A DNA stretch of 55,742 nucleotides, the filler included, from Sphacelaria rigidula (taxonomy: Eukaryota), in the NCBI GenBank assembly GCA_964200075.2. It is 6 parts of 6 records of this genome, joined end to end, with 100 filler letters (N's around TTAATTAATTAA, not from the genome) between each part and the next. Parts side by side here need not be neighbours in the genome. Positions count along the whole stretch, not along the records: positions 18,619 to 27,826 come from CAXNAA020009043.1; positions 27,927 to 37,132 come from CAXNAA020009044.1; positions 37,233 to 46,437 come from CAXNAA020009045.1; 3 more parts are not named here. One strand, given 5' to 3'. Positions 26,394 through 37,375 of the stretch are shown piece by piece. Under the pieces are notes generated by a model that worked only from the letters and a program-made list of their open reading frames with translations, had not been told where the DNA came from and made no database searches. Position 1 is the first letter of the stretch, and each line of letters opens with the position of its first letter. Both the position numbers and the translations under genes were made by a program.

Positions 26394-26459
26394 CTTCTCG
26401 ACTGTATGGCACTGCGAGCATTTGGTCTTGAAGATCTTAGCTCCCTTATCGGCAGACAT
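26394..26459 (-). CDS. CYC1: Cytochrome c (mitochondrial-type, nuclear encoded), exon 1
   Basis: ATG at 26459 encodes MSADKGAKIFKTKCSQCHTVEK, which contains the CxxCH haem-binding motif (CSQCH). A phase-0 GTATGT donor follows at 26393. Confidence 0.96.
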
Positions 26460-27619
26460 TGTGCAGTGGTTCCTGTGTAGTGTACGGATTCTCTTGGGTA
26501 CTTCGGGCTCGGGGACGTGCAGGTGTGTAGTGAACGCGGTTTGTACGAAGGACCTGGGAGGACCAGCGTCGTTGTTTCCGTTTCAGTTTTGCCACGTCAA
26601 AGACAATACACGAATCTCCGAAGATCTGAGCCGAGGACGTGGTATGCACATTATAGCGAAGGGATACCCACTGTTACGCCGAAAGAAAAAAAACACGATT
26701 CGGAACAGAATCCGACATCTTTTCGCCCCGATACGCACGCACCCACAACGCCACCCTGGATTCAGCAACATGAGGTTGTTGCCCATGGTCTACATGACGT
26801 GCGGGCGAAGTTTCAGCCCGTAAAAGTGCTGACAGTGCGTGCATGGCCGTGCCTCCTGAATTGAGCACCTATAAAGACAAGAGGAAGATTTGTCCCGCAC
26901 AGAATGTCATGATCCAGAATGTGTGCCGCTACATATCGATGTTTGTTCTCACGGCGAAGAGGCTGCGTAGTAGGTCATGACGTGGAAGTGAGCGCACCCA
27001 CGTGTCAGCACATGTATCCAGCAATGTCTCAAGCAGCCCGGGCTGCAGAGACGCCGTTTTCAGGCTGTATGGACGGCATAACGCACAACCCGTGTTCGCT
27101 CTGTGTTCAATCCACACTCCCGTTCACGTGCCGCCGAATAGCGTGAATGCTTATATGCTGTCTGTGTTGTGCTGGACCTCTGTGCCAGGTTTGAAGCCGG
27201 ATGGTGTGGACACGGTGGAGAAATCCACGGACGAAGAAATGCTTCGAAAGTGGAAAATGCAGTACTGAACCGTGGAAAGACTTGTGATACTTCGTATGCG
27301 GTTACGCCGCACATCACCAGTCACAGATGCGGTCAGTTACCGCCGTCCTACTTGCACTCCTTCGGCCACCCGCCACTCATTACAATGGCAACAAGTGCAG
27401 GGTCCGCGAACGCGTCGGGTCTTGGGTGCGATGGCTCACCCTCCGTTAGTTTCTCGTTCTAATGATGTGTACAGCAAGAAGTACTGCGGGCCGTGGTGTC
27501 GCGCAGATGCGAAACTGTACCCCAGTGTGGGTGTGTATGTACGCGAGATATTATGTCGATGCCGTCGCAAAGGTCAGGTTTATCGAACGCCTTTTTTTCG
27601 TGTCCAATTGTTTGAGCCG

Positions 27620-27826
27620 GTCGCCCCGGTGGCTCAGTCGGTAACCTCGTAACCTTCTTATGGTTGAGTTGTGTGGTTCGATTCCCGGAGCGATCTGGGA
27701 TTTTTTCTTATGCCATGCTCAACAGTGGAGAGCGACTATGTCGTGGGTACAAAAAATTCGACTTAACGGTCGACGAGGGAAAGGGACTGCTGAACCCCTC
27801 TCGCGATAAAAAATAAAAGGCAAGCA
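27620..27826 (+). mobile_element. tRNA-derived SINE family 1 (best-preserved head; cut by the linker)
   Basis: Pol III A box TGGCTCAGTCGG (27630-27641) and B box GGTTCGATTCC (27675-27685) in a tRNA-like head. The non-tRNA body is shared with other copies in the window. Confidence 0.8.
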
Positions 27827-28064
27827 NNNNNNNNNNNNNNNNNNNNNNNNNNNNNNNNNNNNNNNNNNNNTTAATTAATTAANNNNNNNNNNNNNNNNNN
27901 NNNNNNNNNNNNNNNNNNNNNNNNNNTAAAAACAAATAAAAAAGAAAAAGCTCTTGTGTTGACCTTCCTCCTGTGTGACCGCGGCTGATGCACCCACATA
28001 CACGGAAAGGTGAAGACTGGTGCCCAGAATAAACGGGACGATAACACACAACAAGACACACAGA

Positions 28065-28276
28065 TTCGGGCAGCACTCCCGCACCGGGTCAACTCTCGCC
28101 GAACAAACTCTCAGCCACTTTTTGTTCACTCACGTGGCCATGCTTCCGATCGTGGAGATGAGATACTTTGGAGAAGGGAAAAAAAATGCATCGGGGATCG
28201 AACCCACGATAGATACCTCCACCCTAACGGTGACAGCTCGGACCATTTTAATTTTACACCACCGGGGCGCGGCGGC
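28065..28276 (-). mobile_element. tRNA-derived SINE family 2, second copy
   Basis: The reverse complement aligns by eye with 33541-33735, including B box GGGTTCGATCCCCGATGC. Confidence 0.65.
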
Positions 28277-28810
28277 GGCAACATGCCTACTGCGCTGCTC
28301 AGCACCAACACGCTCACGCGGTCTCTGGTGTGCTGTAGCTTTCACTAGACTGTGGTGTGTGTCGAACCTTGCGAAGAAGGTTTGGCCTCCGCTTGGATCG
28401 CCTGGGCTGTTGTCCCGTTGTTACGTTCTGCTCTGTGTAACATAATGAAGAACGGTAGTCTGTGTTGTGTCCCGGTCTGTACAAAAAATGTGGGTCAGCA
28501 GATGGTGTTTCTGCACACCGTCGAAAGCTGTTGAAAATGCGTGTTCGCTGCTGTCTGCCGTCCTAAAACGACGAAGGCGAGTCTTGCGTGCCTACGCACA
28601 TCGTTTCTACGCTGTAGTTGCCGTTGTACTCTGGTGCGTTTGAACCCTGCAAATACAGTTTGATCTGCGCTAAAGATCGGATTGAGCTGTTGTACTCCTG
28701 CCGCGTCCCGGTTCGTACAGAATTGAGGTGGAAATGAATTGCTGTCTGTTCAAGGTTGATGAAGCGAAGTGATTATATGTCAGGGCAATATACACAAAAG
28801 GGTTCACCCT

Positions 28811-30021
28811 GGTATTTCTGATACAAAAAAAGGGCAACGCATTTTTCGCTATGGGGCGCGGCGCTGCACGGGAGCTAAACACCTCGAAAACACGTTCCAG
28901 CGCCCCAGCCCCACGCCCAAGGTGCCTGGGCAGCATACCCGTCCATTTTTTTTCATTTTCGCAAGTGTGAGTGGGCTGAACCACCGCGCCGAAAATGAGA
29001 GCCTGTGAGAGTACCTTTTTTTGTCAACAAACCAGGAGGGTACACCTTGCCCCCTGTTTAACCCTTAGACTGCGAGGTTAGTCTTCTGTTGAATCGGCAT
29101 CAATTTCAAGTGAATAAAAAGGGTGCATGATCCAGAAATACTAATCTCGTGGTCTGAGGGTTCAAAGTTATATTTCACCCTTTTCTGAGAAGAGGCCACC
29201 GTCTTCTGTGAAGTGGTGGCCGTACCGTCTCTCAGCACAAGATACGCCGAGCAGTCACAACCATAGCCATTTTCGGTAAAATTACACTTTCCCGAAAAAG
29301 GGCCGGAACCCAACGACCAGAAGAGTGTAGCCCCCCTGTTGATTGGCCCGAAGAGCCGGAAGATCCAACGATGCATACAGGTCGCTTGTATGCCGGAGAA
29401 GACAAAGATCCAACGAATATGGGTGAACATCTTGTCGACACACCAGCCCGAACGGAATCATGCAGCGTCAACATCAGACCGTTGCCGGATTTGCAATTTG
29501 CGGCTCGGAAACGAAGATGGACACCGACCGGATTCCGGATTGGAGCGAGAACGCCTGAATCCAACGGCGTAGACTCTACAATCGGGTGTTGTCCTCTGAT
29601 CGTTGCCGTTGCGCCCACGAGGCCACCACTCGGAATACTCGAAGGTTTAATTTTACCGAAAGTGATTATGGTTGTAACTGCTCGGCGCATCTTGTGCTGA
29701 GACGACGGTACGGCCACCACTTCACAAAAAAGGGTCAACAGTAAAACAAAGAAAGAGTCAGATATACACTTTGAGCAGAGGGCAGGGTGTACCCTCCTGG
29801 TTTGTTTTCAAAAAAAGGTACTCGCACGGACTCTCATTTTCGGCGCGGTAGCTCAGCCCAGTAACACTTGTGAAAATGAAGAATAAATGGTTGGGTATGC
29901 TGCCCGGATACCTTGGACGTGGGGCTGAGGTGCTGGAACGTGTTTTTGAGGTGTTTAGCCTGCGTACAGCGCCGCGCCCCAAAGCGAAAAATGCGTCACT
30001 CTTTTTTGTATCATAAATACC
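28811..30021. mobile_element. Non-coding foldback element with about 380-bp inverted arms
   Basis: 28811-29290 (minus the nested MITE) is a diverged reverse complement of 29641-30021, around a spacer of about 350 bp. No clear TSD. Confidence 0.8.
29062..29160. mobile_element. piggyBac-like MITE copy nested in a foldback element
   Basis: TTAA-CCCTTAGACTGCGAGG...CTCGTGGTCTGAGGG-TTCA; absent from the opposite arm of the host element. More diverged copies occur at about 9827-9930, 23458-23550 and 35085-35290 (two in tandem). Confidence 0.8.
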
Positions 30022-30556
30022 GTAAGAGTTGGTCTCAGCTTTCATGTTTTTTGTAACAATCGGTCTCCTCAACTTTCATCAGCCCTTACCGAGTATAGTG
30101 ACGTAGTGCGAAATGGTGAACGCCCGAAAGATCGATCATATCGGGCGGCGCACTAGTACTCCGGGTAGATACGCGGTAGCGAGGAACGTACTTTTTTGCG
30201 CTGTATTTTGGTTCTACTCGGAGTTTTTGCGCCGGAGTCTCTTTTCCCTTTCATTATGTCATGGTAGTGCGACCAGTTTCGTGATATGTTTGACTTGCGT
30301 ATGAACTTGATAGAATCTGCAGTCGGGCGTCGGGCGCAGCACAGCAAGACCCAGGACGTAGTGCAGTATCTGGAGGTCATTTCAGGAAGACATGGTGGGC
30401 CCTCGCTGCTTCCACTGTTGGACGTCACACCATGTTGTACCCCCTAGTCTACCGTCTCTGGACACTCCGTGGTTAATCCTTGGACAGCGACCCCCACGCA
30501 GGTGGGCTGAGTTGGACTATGCTACATTTAGTTCGGGGTTCAAAACAGCTCTTTTC

Positions 30557-30914
30557 TCGCTACACAATTGATCACTGCGAACCCCTCTGAAGGTTGGGTC
30601 GTTGCTTCAAATCTCGGAGCGGTCTGGGATTTCTTCTCACACTATGCCCAACAGTGGATACCGACTATGTCGTGGGTACACGAAATTCGACTTAACGGTC
30701 GACAAGGGAAAGGGACTGCAATACCCCTGTCGCGATTTAAGAAAAAAGAAGGCGAGCACCGCAGACGGAAGGTGGGGTACTAAAAACAAATAAAAGAAGA
30801 AAAGGCTCCTGTGTTGACCTTCCTCCTGTGTGACCCCGGCTGGTGTGCCCACATACACCGAAAGTTGTAGACCGGCGCCCAGAATAGATGGGACGACAAC
30901 ACACAACACACAAG
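30557..30914 (+). mobile_element. SINE family 1, near full-length body with degenerate head
   Basis: Contiguous body ending GGGACGACAACACACAACACAC. The 3' half also occurs at 27927-28060. Confidence 0.75.
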
Positions 30915-32115
30915 AAACGCCGTTGTCATGAACATGTGGATGTTTGGTATCTAAATAGAAAATAGTCTCTGAGAACTCCTGACCAGTTCTTACCCTCCAG
31001 CCTGTTGTGTGCAGGGTCAGTATGTGTGCTGTACGAACTGGGCCAGCCAAGAGTAGGTGTGAATCTCGCTCAGGCGACGCACGGCGCGATATTAGGAGTT
31101 GGACGCTGAAATTTTGACAGCAGCTTTTTATGATGAAATGCAGATCACGTGAGCAGCAGAGAAAGAAAGAAAAGAAGAAAAAGTTACGGGCATTTGAAAC
31201 TTGAGCAAGAACAAGGTAATGTCTCAAGTTCAGGAAAATAAGGAGAATCTGCAGCTGGACACGTAAAGTATCAGTTCCTTGGGTGCAGAAGGTCTTCCTG
31301 AAATTTCAGCTCAAGACTCGTCGAATTGGGCCGTGCGTCCAACATTTTCCGTGACGCTGTTTACTCCTATAAATCAAGTGATGGGAGACTCCAATTGTGG
31401 AGGTCATGAGTTCGAATCCCGACAGATTCTCTTCTTTATCTTCGTCCGTCGTTATTGTCACACATCACGCAGTACATTTTTTTCAATTTTTTATCTTCGT
31501 TCAGCGGCGGTGCCATGTCTTACCAGGTTGGTCTACACTTCACAGTGATACGCTTACATCGGGTTCAGTCGGGAAACTGGGGAAGCTGTAGTATGAGCAA
31601 GTTTAAGCAGTTTTTGAGCTGGCCCAGCTCGTATGTCTTCGCTGATACGGCGGCAAATATGCAGCAAGCTTGCCATCGCTCTCCATCAGATCGGAATTCT
31701 TGTTTTCCACCGCACTTTTTCGATCGAAAAATGATGTCTCAGATACGACATGATTCAATCCCGCTGTCGAATGATCGCGGTCCGATACGTGAGCTGCGGG
31801 CCTCGATTTTATTCTCAAGCTTTTGACCACCAGCTTCGCCTCGGAACACTATCATGGCTAAAATTCCAGTAGTCTTCTTGAAGGAGATCCTCTCCGAGTG
31901 TGGTGGTGGTGTGTGTGTAGGCATGCGTGAGTGCGGATCACCAGATCGTTAGAAGGACCTTCTACACCCTCTATGGCTACCGACCATTTCGTTGGCAGTT
32001 GCCTCCTTCGGAGGTAATTTCAGCTGTAGTTGCCTTCTCGGAATTATTTTTTCTGTTTTTCCGAGGGCTGACAAGCAAATGGTCGAAAACAAGGGTAAAT
32101 ATGAATGAGGTGCCG

Positions 32116-32146
32116 CTAACCCTAACCCTGACCCTAACCCTAACCC
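32116..32146. repeat. Short interstitial telomere-like (CCCTAA)n tract
   Basis: CTAACCCTAACCCTGACCCTAACCCTAACCC, five units with one variant. Confidence 0.8.
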
Positions 32147-32504
32147 AGATCGAGACATGCGAGAACCCTCGGGCACGGGGGGTGCGGGGGGTGTCCTAAG
32201 AAACGGTCGCGTTGGTGGACCTCAAATCGACGCCTCCGGTGCCGATTTTGGACAAAAATATCTTCTGGACGAGCTTTTATAGTTTAGGACCACTGGGGAC
32301 CGTCAGCCCCTCCAAAGATCCGAATGTCGATGTTCAAGCTGAAATCAAATTACGACCATTGTTTCCGACCATTTGGTAATCTTTGTTGGGTTTTCCATCC
32401 GTGGGATGTCCATGGGTAAGTACAATGGTCGAATGTTTTTCATCGAAGAGTTGTCTACACGTACCCCGGTGCGGTTTCCAAAGTGGAATCCAGTATCTCT
32501 TCTG

Positions 32505-32789
32505 TTTTCGTGAGATTGAGAGTAGAGGATACTATTGAGGGTGAGAAGCGGTCATTTTGTACATGAAGCGTTTCAGCTCCGAAATGCCCCCTCCATGAGG
32601 CCCGATATGCTTTCTGTAGTAGGTCGCCACCGAAGCCCTTGATATCCCTGAGTAGGATATCTACGTGTAGCTGTAATCACACGCCAGTGATACAGGCAAA
32701 GAAGAGCTCACGCGGAATAAAAAATTGACCATTTGAAGCGAATGATGAAACCCACTCTCAATCAGCGCTCTACTCTCTATCTCACAAAA
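32505..32789 (-). mobile_element. About 290-bp MITE (TTTTCGTGAGATTGAGAGT TIR family)
   Basis: TIR at both ends; the body is the reverse complement of 35736-36031. Confidence 0.7.
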
Positions 32790-33540
32790 ACATTGTTAAT
32801 ATTATAGTTGCCACAGGCAACTCGATTAGTTGCGGAACATTTTCATCCAGTACTGTACTTGTCTGGTTGTTGTCTGCAGGCAACCAGTCCCGTAACATTG
32901 ACGTGTTGATAGCTGTATGATCGTAACCAGTCAACTCTTTGGGAACCCTTCCCTTCCGTCCCCTGGCCAGACACCTCATTATTTCAAGCCTTCTCAGAGG
33001 AGAAAGGATGGGAACAGAAGAGACCGGCGGTAACCATTGTCACGGCAGAAGACCACAGGATAATCCACCAGCGTACGTCATGCGCGCACCAAAAATGTCA
33101 CCCCGGTGCGGTTGCATTGGTAATGTCCAGTGAGGGACGCAACGAGTCAAGCTTGTTCAAGTTTGTGCACACAGCCAAAACCAGCAGTTTCGTCCCTGAA
33201 GTCTATACAAACAAAAATCAGCATCACCTCTCTATTCTCTACTCTGTGAGTCCCGTGCGGCACTGTGGCACATATCTATGCGGGTCTGAAAAACACGCTT
33301 TGCCCCGTGTATTGTTTGTGCTGCTGGGGTATCCAGCCTGAGCGTTGTGAGAAACAATATGCCACGGGACGAGTGCGATGACTCTGATTTACCGTCCCGT
33401 GGTACTCACCCGCCACGCTGACTGGTGAACTGTGGCACGTGGACTGATCCGCCACGAGTCATCATCCAGCTGTGGTCACCAAGATGAACAAATATAAACG
33501 CTCACGGAAGGAAACTTTATATAAGAAGGTAGGGGGGTTG

Positions 33541-33735
33541 GCCGCCGCGCTCCAGTGTAATGGTCCGACTGGCGTCATCAGGATGGAGAGAGCCAGGGTT
33601 CGATTCCCGATGCGTTGGGTGTTTTCTTCGTAGTATGTGATTTCCACCGTGGAAAGCGTGGGAACGTGAGTAAATGAGGTAGTCGACTGAGCTTGTCAGA
33701 CATGAGTTGACGCCGTGCGGGAGTGCTGATCCTAT
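33541..33735 (+). mobile_element. tRNA-derived SINE family 2
   Basis: GCCGCCGCGC..GTGTAATGGTCC (A-box-like) and GGGTTCGATTCCCGATGC (B box). Body motifs ACGTGAGT, GAGTTGAC and GTGCGGGAGTGCTG are shared with 28065-28276. Confidence 0.65.
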
Positions 33736-34284
33736 CCGCGAGACCAAAATGTTTGGCGTGTACCGGGGGAGGGACGGGTTGATCCCTTGAGACTGCGGAC
33801 ATGTCCCGAGGAAGGGGAAGGGTTCAAAGTGCGACAAATGAATGAAAAAAAAAATTGAGGGAGGGGAGAAAGGAGCGGAGGGAAGGGGAAATGAGGGGAA
33901 GAAGGAATACATGTAGCGGTTAAAAAAAAAACAGAAAAAGGAAGAGAAGACAAGAACACGAAAAACGCTGGGCTATAACATCGCAGTGGTTGTGGTGCCG
34001 AGAAGGATCTCAACAGACCCCTGCCTAGTTGCCGGGTGAGGAGATCCCACGAAAAGCAAGGCCGTGAAAGCGAGTTGCAACTCAGCTATCCAGGCACCGT
34101 ACTATCTGGGTAGGGATATTTATCCGCCTTCGTGAGGTCGTGGGGCAAACAAACCGTGCAGCGATGCTTCTACCGCTAGTAGTTGCCATGTTTGCCTTGA
34201 CAAAAAAGACGTCAAAACCGCGGAAATGCAGGGCGGACAGCGTCCGTTGTTCGTACTGCTGAAAGTATTTTTCACACGTAGGAC

Positions 34285-35595
34285 AGCTCATGAGCTAGCT
34301 CATCTGCGGGCGGTAGCTCACTTGTAGTCAAACATGTACATGTGAGCTACGTCCGATAGCTCAACACAAGGCGAACGTGCGCTGATGAGCTACGAGTTGG
34401 TAGCTCACCCAGGAAAAACATGTGTAGCTCATGCAGCTCTCATAGCTCCCCAGGGCTAATATGAGCTGATGAGCTATGGGTTGGTAGCTCACCCAGGACA
34501 AACATGCGTAGCTCATGCAGCTCTCGTAGCTCACCCAGGGCTAATATGAGCTGATGAGCTACGGGTTGGTAGCTCACCTATTGCAAACGTGCGTAGCTCA
34601 TACAGCCCTCATAGCTCATCCAGGGCGAATATGAGCTGATGAGCTACGGGTTGATAGCTCACGTACGGTAAACATGTGTAGCTCATGTAGCTCTCACAGC
34701 TCACCCAGGGAAAACATATGCGGATGAACTACGCTCGATAGCTCACCCGAGGCAAACATATGTAGTTCACGCAGCTGTTGTAGCTCACCCGGGGGGAAAA
34801 CATGAGCGGATGAGCTACGCCCGGTAGCTCACCCCAGGGACACATGGTCGTGGCTCCTCACGTCATATGCCTAGCTCGCCGCTGGCAAACCCTGTGCGCT
34901 TATGATGCAACATTCTTGTTCGAACGGATGGTGCCACATATCATTAGGTTGATGTTTTACCTCACTCTTCGCGATAGGAAGAAAAAAAGTCAGGACATCC
35001 TCGTTCGCTTGGTCGGATGGATAAAAAAGTATTAGTATTCAGCGACAACAATAATAATCGACTGATTCATTTCTTTTGATCGGTTGGCCGCGAGGGTTCT
35101 AGTCCATCTGGTTATGCATACGTTTTTCAAGTGAAATTGGGGCCGATTCAACAGATGACTTATGCTCGCTGTCAAGGGGTTAGCCCTTTGACCGCGAGGG
35201 TTGGTGATCTGATAAATCAGCATAATTCACTTCATTTTTCGGGTGTGAATGACGCCGATTCAGAGACCTCCTACCCTCGCGGTCAAAGGGATAGGCAATC
35301 GTAGCTCTCACAGCTCTCACAGCTCTCATAGCTCATCCAGGGCAAACATGTGTAGCTCATGTATCTCTCGTAGCTTACCCAGGGCTAATATGAGCTGATG
35401 AGCTACGGGTTGGTAGCTCATCCGGGGCAAACATGCGTAGCTCATGCATCTCTGATAGCTCACCCAGGGCTAATATGAGCTGATGAGCTACGGGTTGATA
35501 GCTCCCGTACGGTAAACATGCGTAGCTCATGTAGCTCTCATAGCTCACTAGGGAGCTACGCTCGAAAAGAGCTAGCTCGAGCTTTAGGGAGCTGA
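34285..35595. repeat. 85-bp AGCT-rich tandem repeat in two blocks (34285-34845, 35301-35595)
   Basis: Unit GAGCTGATGAGCTACGGGTTGGTAGCTCACCCAGGACAAACATGCGTAGCTCATGCAGCTCTCGTAGCTCACCCAGGGCTAATAT, built from two related subunits of 42-43 bp. The array is interrupted by about 450 bp that contains piggyBac-like MITEs. Confidence 0.9.
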
Positions 35596-35735
35596 TCCGT
35601 CCGACGTGTGGAATATTTGTCTGTTGCGATAGACGCAGTAGTCGATACGGTTCGCAGTGCACTTTCTTACAACGTGATATTTCTTTCTCTCAACATTATC
35701 CCAGCACGCATTCCTCACTGAAATGAACGACAATA

Positions 35736-36031
35736 TTTTCGTGAGATTGAGAGTCTAGCGTTGATTGAGAGTGTGTTCTATTATTCGCTCCAACTTGACC
35801 GATTTTTCAATTCGGGTGCGCTTTTCTTTGCCTCGAACACTGCCGTGTGCTTACAGGTACACGTCGATATCCTAGTCAGTGAAATCGAAGGCGTCAGTGA
35901 CAACAAGCCACTACAGAAGGCGTATCGGGCATAAGGCCCGGAGGACCATTTCGGAACTCAGACTGTTTCATTAATCAATTGACTGCTCCTCACTCTCAAT
36001 CGTATCCTACACACTCTCAATCTCACGAAAA
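35736..36031 (+). mobile_element. About 290-bp MITE, same family
   Basis: TTTTCGTGAGATTGAGAGT ... ACTCTCAATCTCACGAAAA. A more diverged, truncated copy lies at about 1596-1850. Confidence 0.75.
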
Positions 36032-37375
36032 AACTGTCGAAAGTCGTTTTGCCTACTGCCAGAACAAAGAAGACCAAAAACAGTTTTACATCTTCAAAAA
36101 TCAGCTCCAAGTCCAAAACACGTATGCCCCCCCGTAAGCTAAGCCAAAGCCAATCACGACCAACAACCAATACATTTTTCCATCCAAACTATACTACTCC
36201 GGAATACCCCCTCGATCGCGTGGATACTTCTCGAGTGCCGTTGACCTCGATTTTTGGGCCACGACTTCAGCAACAAAAAATATGTCGCATTCGCTCGGTT
36301 CTGTGAACTTACAGAGATGGAGCAAAATCCTCCAATAAGAGGGAAAAAATCACGCGATCGAAAAGTGTACTAGGCCGGGGGGACGGGGGGCGGGAGGGGG
36401 TACGCATTTGTTACTTGCCTTTGTCATTTGACAGTTGACCACGTATCCCTTTCGAGACGAAGAACCTTTCTGAGTGTTGCTGCGGTAGCGGTTGCATTTT
36501 TTCAACGAAAAAGTTTCTCGGGGTGTTGGACGGGTAATTGTGAGAATCGCCTTCATTTTTGCTTGAGAAAGACTGAAAATGAAGACGATTCACGAAAAGG
36601 CCCCCTGCGTGCAAACACCATGTTTCTTGAAGTCCGGTCCTCGGAGATTTGGGTTGCGCAGTAAGCCCCATATACTTGGACTCTTACAAAAAAGAGACCC
36701 CAAAACAAAAATTGCGACCCCTATGGTAGCATCGCTCTTCTTGCTTTTGGACAGACTTCTAGCATTTTGAGCGCTCATGAAGTTCCGTCTATACACGACA
36801 CAAAAACTTGTACATGTCTCATCCCCTTCCTGTTACGCCGTCTGCGGCCACCATGTTTCTCTCAGTATAGCGATTGTCTAATTCCCGATGTACCAAAACG
36901 ATTTTCATGTCACCTTCGTTAATTTCCTACAATTCACCCTCTTACTCATGCGTCTGCATGCCGCAGTCACAAGAGCATTGACCTCGCGTCCCTACAAAGC
37001 CGGGACGCAACATACCGGGTTTTCGCAGTATCAGGCTCGGCGTGGAGGGAGGAGGAGGGCATACTCATTTGTTGCTTGTCTTGGTCGTTTGACCGTTGAC
37101 CACGCATCCCTTTCGAGACGGAGCACCGTTCCNNNNNNNNNNNNNNNNNNNNNNNNNNNNNNNNNNNNNNNNNNNNTTAATTAATTAANNNNNNNNNNNN
37201 NNNNNNNNNNNNNNNNNNNNNNNNNNNNNNNNGACTTCAACCTCATATTATGTTTCAACCCCAAAAATTAGGATCGGCTGTTACTATGATTGTATCTCTG
37301 TTTGTACAGTCAGACGTATGTAGTTCGTCCGTTACTTTATAATTTCCTGCACGCGTGGATGTTATATATCCTCAC

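Noticed and set aside
27620-27696. Functional tRNA gene
   Set aside because: A and B boxes are present but there is no convincing anticodon or T stem, and the head continues into a body shared by several dispersed copies, so it is a SINE head.
27781-28060. One SINE spanning the linker, implying the two scaffolds are adjacent
   Set aside because: Scaffolds are ordered by length, and the assembly breaks at this same SINE position elsewhere (17763), so the apparent continuity is probably coincidental.
34380-34700. Hammerhead ribozyme array (CTGATGA followed by a stem-loop in each satellite unit)
   Set aside because: The core needs GAAA right after stem II. Here TCAC follows and pairs with TGA, extending the stem. 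No stem I or III was found.
34285-35595. CRISPR-like array
   Set aside because: The segments between the palindromic motifs are themselves repeated rather than unique spacers. The context is eukaryotic and no cas genes are present.
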